Below are positions 38,366 through 51,290 of a stretch of DNA of 64,000 bases, piece after piece. The notes under the pieces are model-generated. The model did not search any database and had not been told where the DNA came from. It saw only the letters and a program-made list of their open reading frames with translations. The stretch's first letter is position 1; each line of letters starts with the position of its first letter. Source of the stretch: Basidiobolus meristosporus CBS 931.73. Its lineage: Eukaryota > Fungi > Basidiobolomycota. Location of the stretch: NCBI GenBank assembly GCA_002104905.1, contig MCFE01000162.1, positions 1 through 64,000 on the forward strand, written 5' to 3'. The position numbers and the translations under genes are program-made.

Positions 38366-39613
38366 TCATCTTCTCCTGGGTTTTTTTCTCACAGGGATTA
38401 CTACTGAAGCACTTGGTAGTGGCTCACTTTGCACACCTATACTACTTCCTGGCTGACTATCATCTTGGCTACTTGTGTATTTGTAGTCAGTATTTTGCCT
38501 CCTAGTTGATGAGTGCAATGCTACAGCTTGGCCGTGCTGAATTGCTCCGACTGAACCAACTGAACCAGCCTGTAGTGCCACGTGCTGATGCGTTCTTTTA
38601 CTTGCCAAGGGCTCTGGTGGTTGAGGCACTTCATGTTGGTCATCATCAGTCAGTTCACCAGAAGTAACTTGCTGATGGTCAGGCAAAACGGCACGCGCAG
38701 GCGCGCCTTGACGAATTGAGATGGCCCTTGGCTGAGTTTGATGTGATGCTGCAAGTTGACGCGACTTGGCCCGCTCCAATGGACTTGTGTCTAAATGAGC
38801 AGTTTGGCAAGTTCTTGTAGTTTTGCTCTGAAGCGCGTGCGTTGACCCAATGTGCGTTGACTTGATGCGGGGCATTCTGGTAAAGGGTGTTAGCGTACTC
38901 TGGACTGACGTGCACTGGCATGCTGTGGTTGCAAGAGATGGTAGGGAATCCAGCAAGGCATGCTGGCACAATCTGGATGATGTTGCTTGCGGTCTGTATT
39001 CTTCCTCCTGAAGCTCACCATCTGATTCCTCAAGGTATTGACTCACCCTCTGTCTGGTACTTTAGAGCTGTTGCCTGGATGAGTCCTGTGTATATTGCTC
39101 TTGAAAGCCACTTAACTCTACTAATATATCACGCAGTACATTAGTCATTTGAGGCAAAAACTCATTCAAAATCTCTTTGGTTCCCAAAGTTGAGGCACAA
39201 ACAGACGCGTCCGGCCCGTACTGTGCAAATTGCGCACAAAATTGCTCCCACGCAGCTTCTTCATCAAATCCCCTCACTCTCAGCTCATTCTTGATTTCAA
39301 TACTTGTCTTGTTATATATCTTTTTACATACATTGGCTGGCATCTTGATGTAGAACTCATGCCACAGCTTTCTACTCAAATTCTTGCATCTTTGTCGACT
39401 CTCTGAGGTATCAAGTTCTGCTAGATTAATCAGTAGTGCCCAAATATCTGTATGAAGGCTCATCATAGACACTTGGGCCATACCAAAATCATTGGGCAAG
39501 AACTTGAACGGATCCAACATTGACTTTTCCGGTCTGGACCGCGCTTGTGAGCTGGGGGATGGGTTTTGTCTGGGTTGTACTAAAGATGAGTTGAGGCTTG
39601 GTATGGGGACCAT
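38366..39613 (-). pseudogene. Accessory ORF2 of the Harbinger-like element, ~415 aa, unknown function, one premature TAA
   Basis: ORFs 39062..39613 and 38366..39046 are one frame separated by a single TAA; copy H5 has CAA there. Ends in NLS-like VRKKPRRR. Confidence 0.75.
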
Positions 39614-39972
39614 AGCAACGGATTTGGATACTTATACAGCAGTATATTGGAATCAACCTGGTCTTATATGAAATATATATGAAAACTAATGTGATTGTTG
39701 AATTTTCCATATATTATTCATGATGCATCTCGGATTGCATTGACACGGATCAGATCACATCAATCGCAGATTTCCTATTTGATTATAGACCTACGATTAA
39801 AGCATCAATAAAAGTACCAAGGCATTGTTTGTGGATGATTTTTGCAACATAATGATGGGATACATGGCAATTGATGGAGATTTAACCATAATGTATTAAA
39901 AATCAGATAAATAAGGCGGATCACGCCAAATCAATTCAAACCACTTTAATACAGTCATCCACCAATTTTAAT

Positions 39973-40859
39973 ATGACTCACTCATTTGAATGGTCTTTTC
40001 TCATCAATCCCATCACTACCACTGGATTTCCTTTTGACACACTAGAGGAGATCTATTCCAAGTACTGTGGACCATCAACCCCAATCTACTCAAAGAGATC
40101 CCTTCTCAAGCTTCTCTGCTATTACAAGAACTATTGCCCTACAAGGTTTCATCCCACCATCCATGGCAACCAAAGTCCTAGAAGCTTTCATTCCCAGCTG
40201 ACAGCAATGGAGAACCACCTTGCAGAGGGTATGAATGACTTAGAGCAAGCCTGGAATACTAGGTTCAGAAGCTCCAATAGACTTCGATATCCCAGAGTGT
40301 TCAGCAACAGGTTCCATATCAGGAGTATTTTGGATACCTTCCCAGTGAGGATTAACAGACCTTCTAGAGGGCAGAGGCACTTTTATTCTGGCAAGTACAA
40401 GGCACACTGTGTGAAGTTTCAAGCACTGTCTGACATTGAGGGTAACATCATCTGGTTTAGTGGGCCATTTGCTGGAAGTAGGCATGACAAAGCACTCTGG
40501 GTAGAGAATCATCCTGAATTCAGTAGAGGGGAGAAATGTATGGCAGACTTAGCTTATATAAGAAGGATTGTCAGAGATTAGGATGTATTACAGCTTATAG
40601 GAAGCCAAGGAATGGTGTACTTAGCAGGAAGCAGAAGCTCTACAATGAGATATTTAGTCATTTCAGAGTAAGGGTAGAGCACACATTTGGATATCTGAAG
40701 AGATTCAGCATATTGGCAGGTAAATACAGAGGAAAGTCATATATAGGAGAAAACAGCAGAATAGGTAAAATAGTTAAGATACTTATTAATGCACAGTATG
40801 TTCATACAAGAAGACATCCACTGAGAGAAATGTGTCTGAGCATTATGAAGAGTAAATAA
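39973..40859 (+). pseudogene. DDE transposase (DDE_Tnp_4 / IS5-ISL2-like), ~295 aa, one frameshift near 40562
   Basis: LDTFPVRINRP, YSGKYKAHCVKFQ, SGPFAGSRHD, ADLAY and RVRVEHTFGYLKRF. Copy H2 reads through the frameshift (AYVGEDCQR), indicating a 1-nt deletion here. Confidence 0.88.
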
Positions 40860-41189
40860 AGCAAGGAAAGCACTATTCTGAGCAACATAGGTAAGATTGA
40901 GTAAAGTTACCAGTAGCTGTATCATACCACAGGCATCATGGTAGAAATTATAGTGCTAGGTAGTGCCGTAGAGTGCCAGATCAATCCGGCACCATAAACA
41001 GGCTGGCACTATGTGGCACTATCCAACGGAACAAGTCTTTTCTATTGGTATTTAAAACTCCCAATAAACTATTTCAGTATAAGCATACTGAAAGTTGTTG
41101 TATATTGTTGATTAGCCTCTACATTGTAGAACAAGCCCCAAAGTAATCACAATACAACACAACAGAAGCTGTAGAAAATAACTTAGTAG

Positions 41190-41679
41190 AGATAGTTTAC
41201 TGTCCAACCAACAACATGGAGCAGATATATTGACAAAACTTCTAGATATACTACAATTTGAGAGTATCAGAGAGGAATTAGGATCAAGAAATTATTCAGT
41301 TAAAGGGGAGTGCTGAAATATTGGACTATTTGGTATCATTCAGCAGCTACAAATTTACTTCACAATTGTAGACTAGTCTTGGTCACTGTAGGACTAATTT
41401 GCAGCCCCAACTTTGCTACTTTCACCAGATCTATAAATCTATGATTACTCCCCTATAAACAAGATCAAATTAGCACTTTTTACCAATCATTATGTACTAG
41501 CCCTGAAACTGCTACAGAATGCTCCTGAATGTTAAGAAACCCTCCTTACTTATTGTTACAGCTGTATTACTTCTACAAAGGTATAAATATTGATCCCCTT
41601 TATGAATAAACAACAGTTCAACTATCATAACTATTTTGTATAAGATTGTTACACCCAAATCATTACTTAAATTGCAACA
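41190..41679 (+). mobile_element. Copia family B 3' remnant (RNase H end, PPT, LTR 41311-41679)
   Basis: 369-bp diverged reverse complement of the LTRs at 51610 and 55926, preceded by GTTAAAGGGGAG. Confidence 0.8.
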
Positions 41680-41729
41680 TCTCAGAGACTGTTGACCAAA
41701 TTCCTTGATGGAGCTTACTTCATATTTAC

Positions 41730-42760
41730 ACCCAGGTACCAAGTACCCAGAACATGAAAATTCTCAGTGTTGTCCAAGCAGCCCAAAACTTTACACACAT
41801 GCTCTTGGGACCTTTCTAGCCTAGTCTACATGGTTGTCATGCCAATGCCATTCAAAGTACAAGTTCCAGTTCTACATTTAGCAAGTTTTCAAGTGAAGAC
41901 CACATATTATATTTGTTCCCCCAACACTTCAAATATCTTCAAGGAACATACAACAGCTTATGAGCTCCATGCTGTCACTGTCTGCAAAATATATTGCCTA
42001 AGTTAGTGGAACTTTTTTCTCTGCTGAGAAGGTAGTTGGATCTAACCATCAAGTTTGGAAGGTAAAGATAATGATGCTTCAACAGGAATGTGGCCTTTGG
42101 GATATTGTAATGCAGAAAAATGCTTTTCACAAATGTGGGAGAGGAAGCCTTAGAGTACCAAGCAAAATGCTAAAGAGCCTTGACTGCACTTGTCACAATG
42201 CTAAAAGACAGAGTGATAATTCAATGGTCAAGAGCAAAAGCAGCAAACAGTGCCTGAATGGCATTAGAAGACACCCACTAGTCATGTACATCTGCTAAAC
42301 AAATGTATCTCCAAACAAAATTCTTTATTATAACAATACTGCCAGGAGAAGGAATGAGAAATCTTATTAACAAAATTACCTTGTTGGTTGATAAGATGGA
42401 ACCTGTAGGCATACCCAGTACTGAAGAAGATGTGACAGTTACCATCCTGAATAGCCTCACAGACAAATTTCAGAGCCTTGTATCAGCCCTGAATACTTGA
42501 ACTGACAATTTGTTCCTAAAATTTGTCAATAGCACATGAATTAAGAAGTACAAAAATTAAGCACCAATAGGAAGGAAGAAGAAAATGCATTAATAAGCAA
42601 GGATATCCAACAAAGAAGGTACAAGGACCCTTTAATGGCCACAGCACTTTTTTTGCAATTACTGCAAAATGAAAGGACACAGATCAGACTGGTGCCTCCA
42701 AATGTCATATAATTACCAGAAAAAGCCTGAATATAGGAATGATACAATAGCTGAAGATAT
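41730..42760 (+). mobile_element. Copia family A 5' remnant (partial LTR, PBS, decayed gag)
   Basis: LTR end TACAACA at 41955, PBS-like GCTTATGAGCTCC, gag fragments homologous to 25700-26390. Confidence 0.8.
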
Positions 42761-42761
42761 A

Positions 42762-43763
42762 AGACTTGTTCCATTGGAGGGTGCTACATTGTGCCAGATT
42801 CATCTGGCAATATATGGAACCATCTGGCACTGTGATTTCTTCCAAGATACTAGTGGTAGGATACAGTTTTATAATGCTTCCAGCACACTTCTCTCAATGA
42901 ATTTCCTCTTGTATTAATTTACAGAATATTAATAAGTATCTTAGCTATTTACCTATTCTGCTGGCTTCTCCTGTATATGACTTTCCTGAGTATTTTCTAT
43001 CAATGCACTGAATTTCCTTTGAAATCCAAATGTATGTTCTACTCTCACTCCTGAATAATTAGATATCTCATTGCAGAGCTACTGGCTCCTACTAAGCACA
43101 CCATTTCTTGATCTCCTATAAGCTATAATATATCCTTACCTCCAACAACTGTCAGCTATATCAGCTAAGTATTCTATACATTTCTCTCCTCTAGTGAATT
43201 TGGGTTAATTCTCCACCCAGATTGCTTTGTCATGCCTACTTACAGCAAATGGCCCACTGAGCTGGATAATATTGCCCTCCATGCTAGACAGTGCTTGAAA
43301 CTTCAAACAGTGAGTCTTGTAGTTACCAGAATAAAAGTGCATCTGCCCTTTGAAAAGTCTGTTAATCCTGACTGCAAAGGTATCTAGAATACTCCTGCTA
43401 TAAAACCTGTGGCTGAGCACTCTGGGATATGGGAGAGTATTAGAGCTCCTGAACCTAGTATTCCAAGCTTGTTCTTAGTCATGCATACACTCTGCAAGGT
43501 GGTTCTCCATTACTGGCAGCTGGCAATGATAGCATCTAGGACTTAATAGCTAAGGTTGATGGGATGTATATTTAAAGGGCAATAGTTCTGGTGAATGCAA
43601 AAAAACTCAACAATGAGTTTAATTGAGTAGACTGGGGCAAAGGATCTATGGTACATGGTATAAATCTCCTCTAATGTGTCAAAAGAAAACCCAGTAGTAG
43701 TGATGGGATTAATGAGAAAAGACCATTTGGATTAGTAAGCCCTAAAATGATTGGCAGGTGATA
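42762..43763 (-). mobile_element. Harbinger-like copy H4 (TIR plus decayed transposase)
   Basis: AGACTTGTTCC at 42762. The minus-strand ORF 43205..43420 matches the transposase core. Confidence 0.85.
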
Positions 43764-46700
43764 AGACTTGTTCCATTATACTGTGCCAGGGTAAGCAGCA
43801 CAATACTTGGTTTTTCAGAATGACCAGGTGCTATACTGCAGCTACTAAATGGCAGTATTGCTCTTGGACAGTTTTGCACCATGTGGGAGAATCATATAAT
43901 GCAACAATCTGACACAATGAGGCTAGCATGGATGGTTGTGCCTACTTGTAATGTTTGCATCACATGCACAATTGGAGACCACTACTATGGTAGGTGCAAT
44001 CTGGAACTATGATATGTTTCTTTAATGAAAATAGATAAAAATGCACTTTGTACTATAAGCTGCCATAATAACTACCATTTTGGTTTTCATCACTCCAGTT
44101 GGATGGTGTGTCAGTTATTGATTGATTAAATAGTGCCATGAAGCTGTGAGCTCCCAATTGGCTCACTGATCAATACACATGCTACCCAATTTGCCATCAA
44201 ATATCTCATCTTACCAATTGAGCAAGTGAATCTCTGATTTTAGTGATTGGATTAGATGTCATGGCTAGCACAGAACCAATCAGTAAGTGCAACATAGATC
44301 AAATAGCTGCACTGGTGTTAGAGATGATGCATTAGTATGCAGGGTGATTATTTATAAGGGCTCTGTCCCATATGTGAGATGACATTGATATCACTTATAT
44401 CAAAAACTTAGTCATAACTAGTTTTCAATGACTCAATTTGGATTGCAGAAAAAATGTATTGCTTAGATCATGACAACTGATAGCAACTCAATACAATTGT
44501 ATCTTCTCCTAGGTACTTTATCACACAAACAACTACTGAAGAATTTGGTAATGACTCACCTTGCACACCTTACTTCCTTGTTGACTATCTTCTTGGCCAC
44601 TCATGTACTTCAAGTCAGTTTTTTGTCTCCTAGCTGACCAGTGCAGTGCCAGAGCTTATCCATGCTAAGCTCCTCTTGATGATGTTACAAAGCCAGCCTG
44701 AAGTGCCACATGGTAACATGTTCTTTCACTTGCCAAAGGCTCCTGTGGCAAAGGCACTTTCAGTGGGTTATTGTGAGTCAGTTCACCAGAGGTAACTTGC
44801 TGATGGTCACATATAACAGCATGTGCAGGAACAATTTGATGTGTTGGTATTGCCCTTGGCTGAGCTTGATGTGATGCTACTTATTGAAGGAGCTTGGCCT
44901 GCACTTATGAGCCATTATCTAATTAAGCAGTTTGGCATGTTCAGGTAGTTTTGCTCTGAATCATGCACATTGACCCAATGCATGTTAACCTAGTATGTGG
45001 CACTCTTGTTACAAGTCTTGGTATAAGAGTTGTACAGGAATAGGGAGTTTAGCTAGTATTGTATTCACTCAAACTTGAACTGATCTTTATTGAGATTCCT
45101 GCAGCTCCTTATATACATTTTGCCAGATCAATTGCTGACTAATTGTATTTCCTAGTGTAGGCTGTGGCTGATGTCTCATTTTATTGCATCATCATCACCC
45201 AACAAGATCCTACCTAATATATCTATTTCTGTCTGATAAGGATCTGCTGATTCATTTGCTGACTAATGCTACTGATCTAATAGATAATACTGATGTACTG
45301 ATAACCTAAACATATAACTAATTGATTTGAATAAAAACTGATCTAACTTAAACATTCAAGCAGCAGATCTTAGCATTCTCCCCTGCTAGTGTTGAGAGGG
45401 CTCTGCTGAATCTCTTTTCTTGTGATACCAATATCTTGATGATTCAGTATTATCAGCAAATTGTGCAAGCTTGAGTCTGTCCCTATGCACTAAGTCTTCC
45501 TGGATATTACCTTGTTTGTCTACTAGTTGGTAGGTTGCAAATGGACATTCTCTGATGATCTTGAATGGTCCTGTCCATTGTGGCTCAAACTTCTTCCAAG
45601 TGTTGTTTCTTAGCAATTCAAAGTTCCCAACTGTCAATGCTTCTGGTGCTTTAGACTTATCAAGTCTCTGCTTCATCTTTTCTGCACTTTGAGATACCTT
45701 GGTCTGTGCCTCTTGACGTCTTTGTTCCAGTTGCTGGTGTCTACTTGGCTAGCTGAGCTCATCTTCTAAGGTGTCTGCAAGCTTTGGTTGTGAGATATCT
45801 CCTGGAATCCTTGGTTTGCATCCATACATTAAGTAAAATGGCAATTGCTTGGTGGTGTTGTGTACTCTGACTCTGCATGCAAAGAGTGCTTGGTCTATAT
45901 ACTCATCCCATCTACTAACAGCTCCATTTGCATAGTTGGTCAGCATTTTTCCAAATAATCCATTAAACCATACAGTGACTCCATTAGTTCTGTGGTGATA
46001 TGCCAAGGTTTTCAAGTGTTTGATCTTCTGCATTTGCAGGTAAGCTTCCAATGTCTTTGCCATAAAGTTTGCATCTCTATTGTATCAAATCTCTACAGGG
46101 CATCCAAGCTTCATAAGGATCTCATGGTAGATGAAACTTGCAACTTCTTGTTCACTGGCTGTAGGTATAGCTTGCGCCACTGGCCATTTAGTGGCATGGT
46201 CAGTTGCTACTAGAATGCAACAGTTGCATTTCCTGGTATTTGGCAGTCTTCCAATAAAGTATATTACCCATCTTTCAAATGGTCTTACAGGCGCCAAGGG
46301 AAAGATTTCAGCAATTCTCTGTGGTTGGCCTTGGTTGATTTGGCAATTTGGTCATGTTTTCATTAGGTTCTCAATGTTATGTTTCATTCTGGGCCACCAT
46401 GCTCTGGCTTTCACCAGGCTATAGGCTCCTTCAATTCCAAGATGTCAATATTCATTGTGTAGCTTATGTATTAAATCCAGGCAAGAAACATAAGGGCAAT
46501 AGGCATTAGGGCTTACATCAACAATTCAGTAGAGTGTTTCATCCTGTACTACAAATTTGCTGGCTTCATCCTGGATTATCTTCCTGATATCTTCATCCAC
46601 ATCATTAGGAATGGCTTGGTCCTACAAGTACTTTGGTAATAGGCTAGGCCAATTTGATTCTTGCACTAAGTTGAGTTGTGCAACTTGATCTAATCTTGAT

Positions 46701-49700
46701 AAGGCATCAGCAACCATGTTGTTTTTTCCAGGGCAGTAGACAACCTCCAAGTCAAATTGCTGAATGTATTCACTCCATCTTGTCATTCTTCTAGAGAGCA
46801 TCTTCTGAGTAAATATATACTTGAGGGAGGCATTATCAGTCTTTACAGTGCACTTGACTCCTTCAATATAGCATCTTCATGTCTTCAAACAGTGTACTAT
46901 AGCAAGCATCTCCTTCTCATGCACTGGATAGTTTTGTTCAGCTGAGTTCAGTTTCTTGGATTCAAAGGCAATGGTGTAGTCCTCTTTTCTGAAGTCAGGT
47001 ATCCTTAAGCTTGGCAGCTTAGCAAGTTCATTCTTAAGTGTCTGGAAGGCAGCTTCACAAGCTGTGTCCCACTTGTAGGTATTGCCTTTCTTGAGGATAT
47101 CAGTAAAAGGGGCTGCAATACTTGCAAAGGACTTAATAAATCTCCAATAATAGGAAACCATTCCAAGGAATGATCTGAGCTCTGATATGCTATGGGGCTG
47201 CTTCAGATTCTTGAGAACTTCAACCTTCTTAGGGTCTAAGGTTACTCCTGGGCTAGTCACTATGTGCCCAAGATATTCAACATGTTCCTTGAGGAATTCA
47301 CACTTGGGTAGCTTGCCATATAGCTTTTTCTCTCTTAGCTTCTTCAAGACCTTTTCAATGTGCACCAAGTGATCCTCTTCTGTCTTGCTATATATCAATA
47401 CATCATCTAGGTAGATTATGACAAACTTGTCTAAGTACTCCTGGAAGACAGTCTGCATCAGGGTCATGAATGTTGCAGGGGCATTGGTGAGGCCAAAACT
47501 CATGTCTAAGTACTCATAATGTCCATATCTGGTCCTGAATGCTGTCTTAGGGATGTCTTCTGGCTTCACCCAAATCTGGTTGTATCCTGACATGAAGTCA
47601 ATCTTGCTGAAAATAGTGGCTCCATTGGGTTGGTCCAAGAGCTCATCAATCCAAGGTATGGGGTATGTACTCTTCACAGTAACTGAGTTGAGGGCTCTGT
47701 AGTCAATGCATATCCTAAGTGTTCCATCCTTCTTCTTCACAGAAAGTATAGGTGCTCCCCAAGGTGACTTGCTGGGTCTGATATATCCGTGCTCCAATAA
47801 CTGATCTATTTGTCTCTTCATTTCTTCCAAATCCAATGGACTCATTCTTTAAGGTGTCTCACCCACTGGAGGGCTATCTCCTGTTTCAATGGCATAATCC
47901 ATGTCTCTGACTGGTGGTAGGCATACAAGCTCATCTGGCAACACGTCTGAATATTCCTTCAAAAGAGTCTGGACCTTTGGGGGTACTGGAGTAGAAGAAT
48001 CCTGTTGTAATAGTGCCATGAGGAGCATCTGGGTGCCTTTTCTTAGTGCTCTACAGAACTGTGTTGTGCTAAGTTCACCTGTTTCACACATACTGGAATT
48101 GACCAAGTTAAAATCTAGTCTGGCAGGTAATAGCTCATAGGTCCTGTTGTCCTTCTGAATCTGAGTAGCATGGGTTCTCCAGATAATTGATGGATTACAA
48201 CAAAATAGCCAGGCTTTCCCAAGTACAAGGTCAAACTTGCAGTTCTCAAATATATAGGCCAGTAGCTCTTCTTCATAGTCATTGATCTTAATCCTTACTG
48301 GCTGAGTAATACAGTTGATTATGTGAGATTTCCCATCAGCTGTTGAGACTGAAGTTGATTCGGTGGGCTCCAAGTTGATTCCAGCTTTCAAAGCAAATTG
48401 CTCAGACATGTACTCATGTGATGCTCCTGAGTCAATCATGATCTTGGCAGGTACTCCATTGATTACTCCATTCAAGTATAATAGCTTTCCTGAGTTTGAG
48501 GTCACCTGGGATAGGTATTCTCCTGTCATACAGAAGGTGAGTTCTGAGTCTTCTTTAAGTTCATCCTCCATGGCCTCAATATGGTTAAAGGTTCTTGATG
48601 GCTGGTGTCCATCTCTTCTCTGAGGGCAGCACTTTGAAATATGTACCTGCTGGTGGCAATTGAAGTAAAGTCCTTTCTTCTTACATTCTTCTGAGGTAGG
48701 ATTCTTCTGCATAGTGTCTATTTCCATTGGCACTGCTTCTGATTCTCTTCTTTCATAGTGATTGTAGCCTCTCTGATTAGTCATAGTAGGCTTCCTAACT
48801 GCAAACATAGCTGAGTCAAGGTCAATGAAAATCTTGATGGCTTTGTAATTAGTGTGAGGTCTTCAATTATTCACTTCCTTAAAAGTTCTTTCTTTCATCC
48901 CATCAATAGAGTATTCAACTTGATCCAGAGGGTCCATTATTTCAATTTGCCCAAGTAGACATCTATATTCATAGATGTACTCTTGGACCATTCCTTTCTG
49001 TCTGAGTGTCTTCAACTTTCTTCTTAGTAGTGTCTGTTGGTGTGGGGGCTCAATGGCATCCTGAATCTCCAACACAAACTCATCCTGGGTAGAGAATGTA
49101 GAGCACCCCATCATGGTGGCTGCCCTGATCTTGTTGTGGTATCACTGCAAAGCTATGTCTGCCAGGTAAGAGGCTGCATAATGTAACTTGCTTTCTGGAA
49201 CAACTCCCTTAGCCTTGAAAGCTTCTTGAATCTGGAAGAGCCAAGTTCCCATGTTTTCATTGACTCTACCATGGTACTGGTTGACCTTCACACTAAATTT
49301 GCACTTGACTGGCTTTTGCTTGCTTTGGGCCATGGTAGTCATTCCTTGTTGCTGCTAGGCCAGGATTTGTTGCATAGTATTCTTTGATTCTTGATTTTTG
49401 GACATCTTGAGGGAGGCTTTTTCTTTCTTCAGGAGGGATGTTTCTGATTACTGCTGTTACCAATGTTACAAGTCTTGGTATAAGAGTTGTAGAGGAATAG
49501 GGAGTTTAGCTAGTATTGCCTTCACTCAAACTTGAACTGATCTTTATTGAGATTCCAGCAGCTCCTTATATACATTTTGCCAGATCAATTGCTGACTAAT
49601 TGTACTTCCTAGTGTAGGATGTGGCTTATGGCTTGTTTGATTGCAACATCATCACCCAATAAGATCCAACCTAATATATCTATTTCTGTCTGATAAGGAT

Positions 49701-50860
49701 CTGCTGATTCATTTGCTGACTAATGCCACTGATTTGATACATAATACTGATATACTGATAACCTAAACATATAACTAATTGATTTGACTAAAAACTGATC
49801 TAAATTAAACACTCAAACAGCAGATCATAATACACTTATAAAACATGTTGGTGTGGACTGGACAGAAGTGCACCAGCACTCTGGCATGCAAGGGATGGTA
49901 GGGAGCTCAACAGGTCATGCTGGCACAATCTAGATGCAGTTACCTGCAGTCTGTATTTTTCCACTTGAAGCTCACCATATGATTCCTTAATGAATTCACT
50001 TGTCCTTTGCCTGATACCTTGGGACAGTTGCCCTGATGAGTCCTATATATATTACTCTTGGGAGCTACTTAGCTCTACTAATTTATCACACAGCTCATTA
50101 GTAATCTCAGGCATAACCCATTCTAAATCACCTTTGTTCCCAAAATTGAGTCATGTGCAGATGTGTCTGGTCTGTACTGCACATTTTGTGCATGAAATTG
50201 GTTGTGTGCAGCTTCCTCATCAGATTCCCTCACTCTTGACTTATTTTTGACTTCAGCACTTGTCTTGTTACATATCTTCTTACATAAATATGCTGGAATC
50301 CAAATGTAAAACCCATGCCACAGGTTTCTACAATTGCACTTTGAATTTGGCTGAAGCTATTAGGTATCAACTTCCGCCAGATTAATGAAGAGTGCCCAAA
50401 AATCTGTCCAAAGTCTCATCATAGACACTTGAGCCATACTGAAATCATTTAGCAAGAACTCAGACAGATCTGATATTGTCTGCTCCACTGTTGACCATGC
50501 TAGTGAGCTGGAGACTGGGTTTTGTCTGAGTTTTACTAACAATGAGTTGAGACTTGGAATAGGGACCTTATTGATGGATTTGGATAGTTAGACTGTAGAA
50601 AATTGGCTCCTACTGGGTTGCACACATGATATAGACAAAAACCAATGTCACTGTTGAAATTTCCACATATTATGCATGATGCATCTTGGATTGCATTGAT
50701 GCAGATTCAATTGCATCAATTGCTGATTTCCTACTAGATTATAGACTTGGGAGTAAATCATCAATTAAATCACCAAATCATTTTTAAGGATGATTTTTGC
50801 AACATAATGAAGGGAAACATAGCAATTGATGAAGCTGAAACCATATACAAGGAAATTTAG
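43764..50860. mobile_element. Harbinger-like copy H5 (left TIR plus ORF2 remnant), split by Gypsy C
   Basis: Left TIR at 43764. ORF2 homology stops at 45006 and resumes at 49833. Confidence 0.8.
45007..49832 (-). mobile_element. Ty3/Gypsy LTR retrotransposon, family C, full length but decayed
   Basis: LTRs 45007-45375 and 49464-49832. PBS TGGTAACAGCAG, PPT CAGGGGAGAA. gag, protease (IDSGAS), RT (PKTAFRT, YLDD), RNase H and integrase with W-T-GPF. Flanks CTCT/CACT. No chromodomain seen. Confidence 0.93.
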
Positions 50861-50964
50861 ATAAGTTAATTCACCAAGGCAACAGTTCCAAAGTGCTAGA
50901 CATAGGATAAGTGAACACCTTGAAGAATCTTGTGGTCAGCTACAAGAGGAAGAATACAGATCAA

Positions 50965-51290
50965 TGTGGTGGTGTATAGGTCCAGGTAGAGATTTGTTTA
51001 ACACTTTTCAAGTGCTTTGTGTGTGGGAGCTCACTAGGTGAGATGAATTCTGGCAAAAGCTTGTTAGGAATACATGGATCTTGTCCCACCTAATATATTG
51101 AAGGGGAATGAAATTGCAAGCTTGCCAAGGGAAAACAGTTGTGTTACAATTCCCAGCTTAGTTGACATCATAACAAAAGTAGGTGCTGGATTTGGTGTAC
51201 CCTGAGATGACCATGGAAGGTTCTAAGAGGCATAGTGTATCTAGCCAATCAGGGATCAGTATTCTGAGACCTGCGTAACATAGATATACC
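50965..51290 (-). repeat. Partial LTR of family Y (internally deleted)
   Basis: Reverse complement of the end of 31031-32100, starting TGTGGTGGTG. Confidence 0.7.

Larger units (their letters stand above)
37624..41038. mobile_element. Complete two-gene PIF/Harbinger-ISL2-like DNA transposon (copy H3)
   Basis: About 26-bp imperfect TIRs AGACTTGTTCC(A/G)TTG..GTGCCA, flanked by TTT/TTT. The empty site is visible in the sister LTR near 34190. Divergent accessory ORF and transposase. Confidence 0.9.
33054..41164 (+). mobile_element. Gypsy-type element, family X: two ~1.2 kb LTR-like copies around a deleted internal region with an integrase remnant
   Basis: 33054-34321 is homologous to 36547-37623 plus 41042-41164. 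Integrase fragment TTPYHPQANSPVER..WAYR..TGYTPFFLIYG and W-Q-GPY at 35850-36538. PPT-like GGGGGAGACT precedes the second LTR. No PBS or TSD recognised. Confidence 0.7.
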
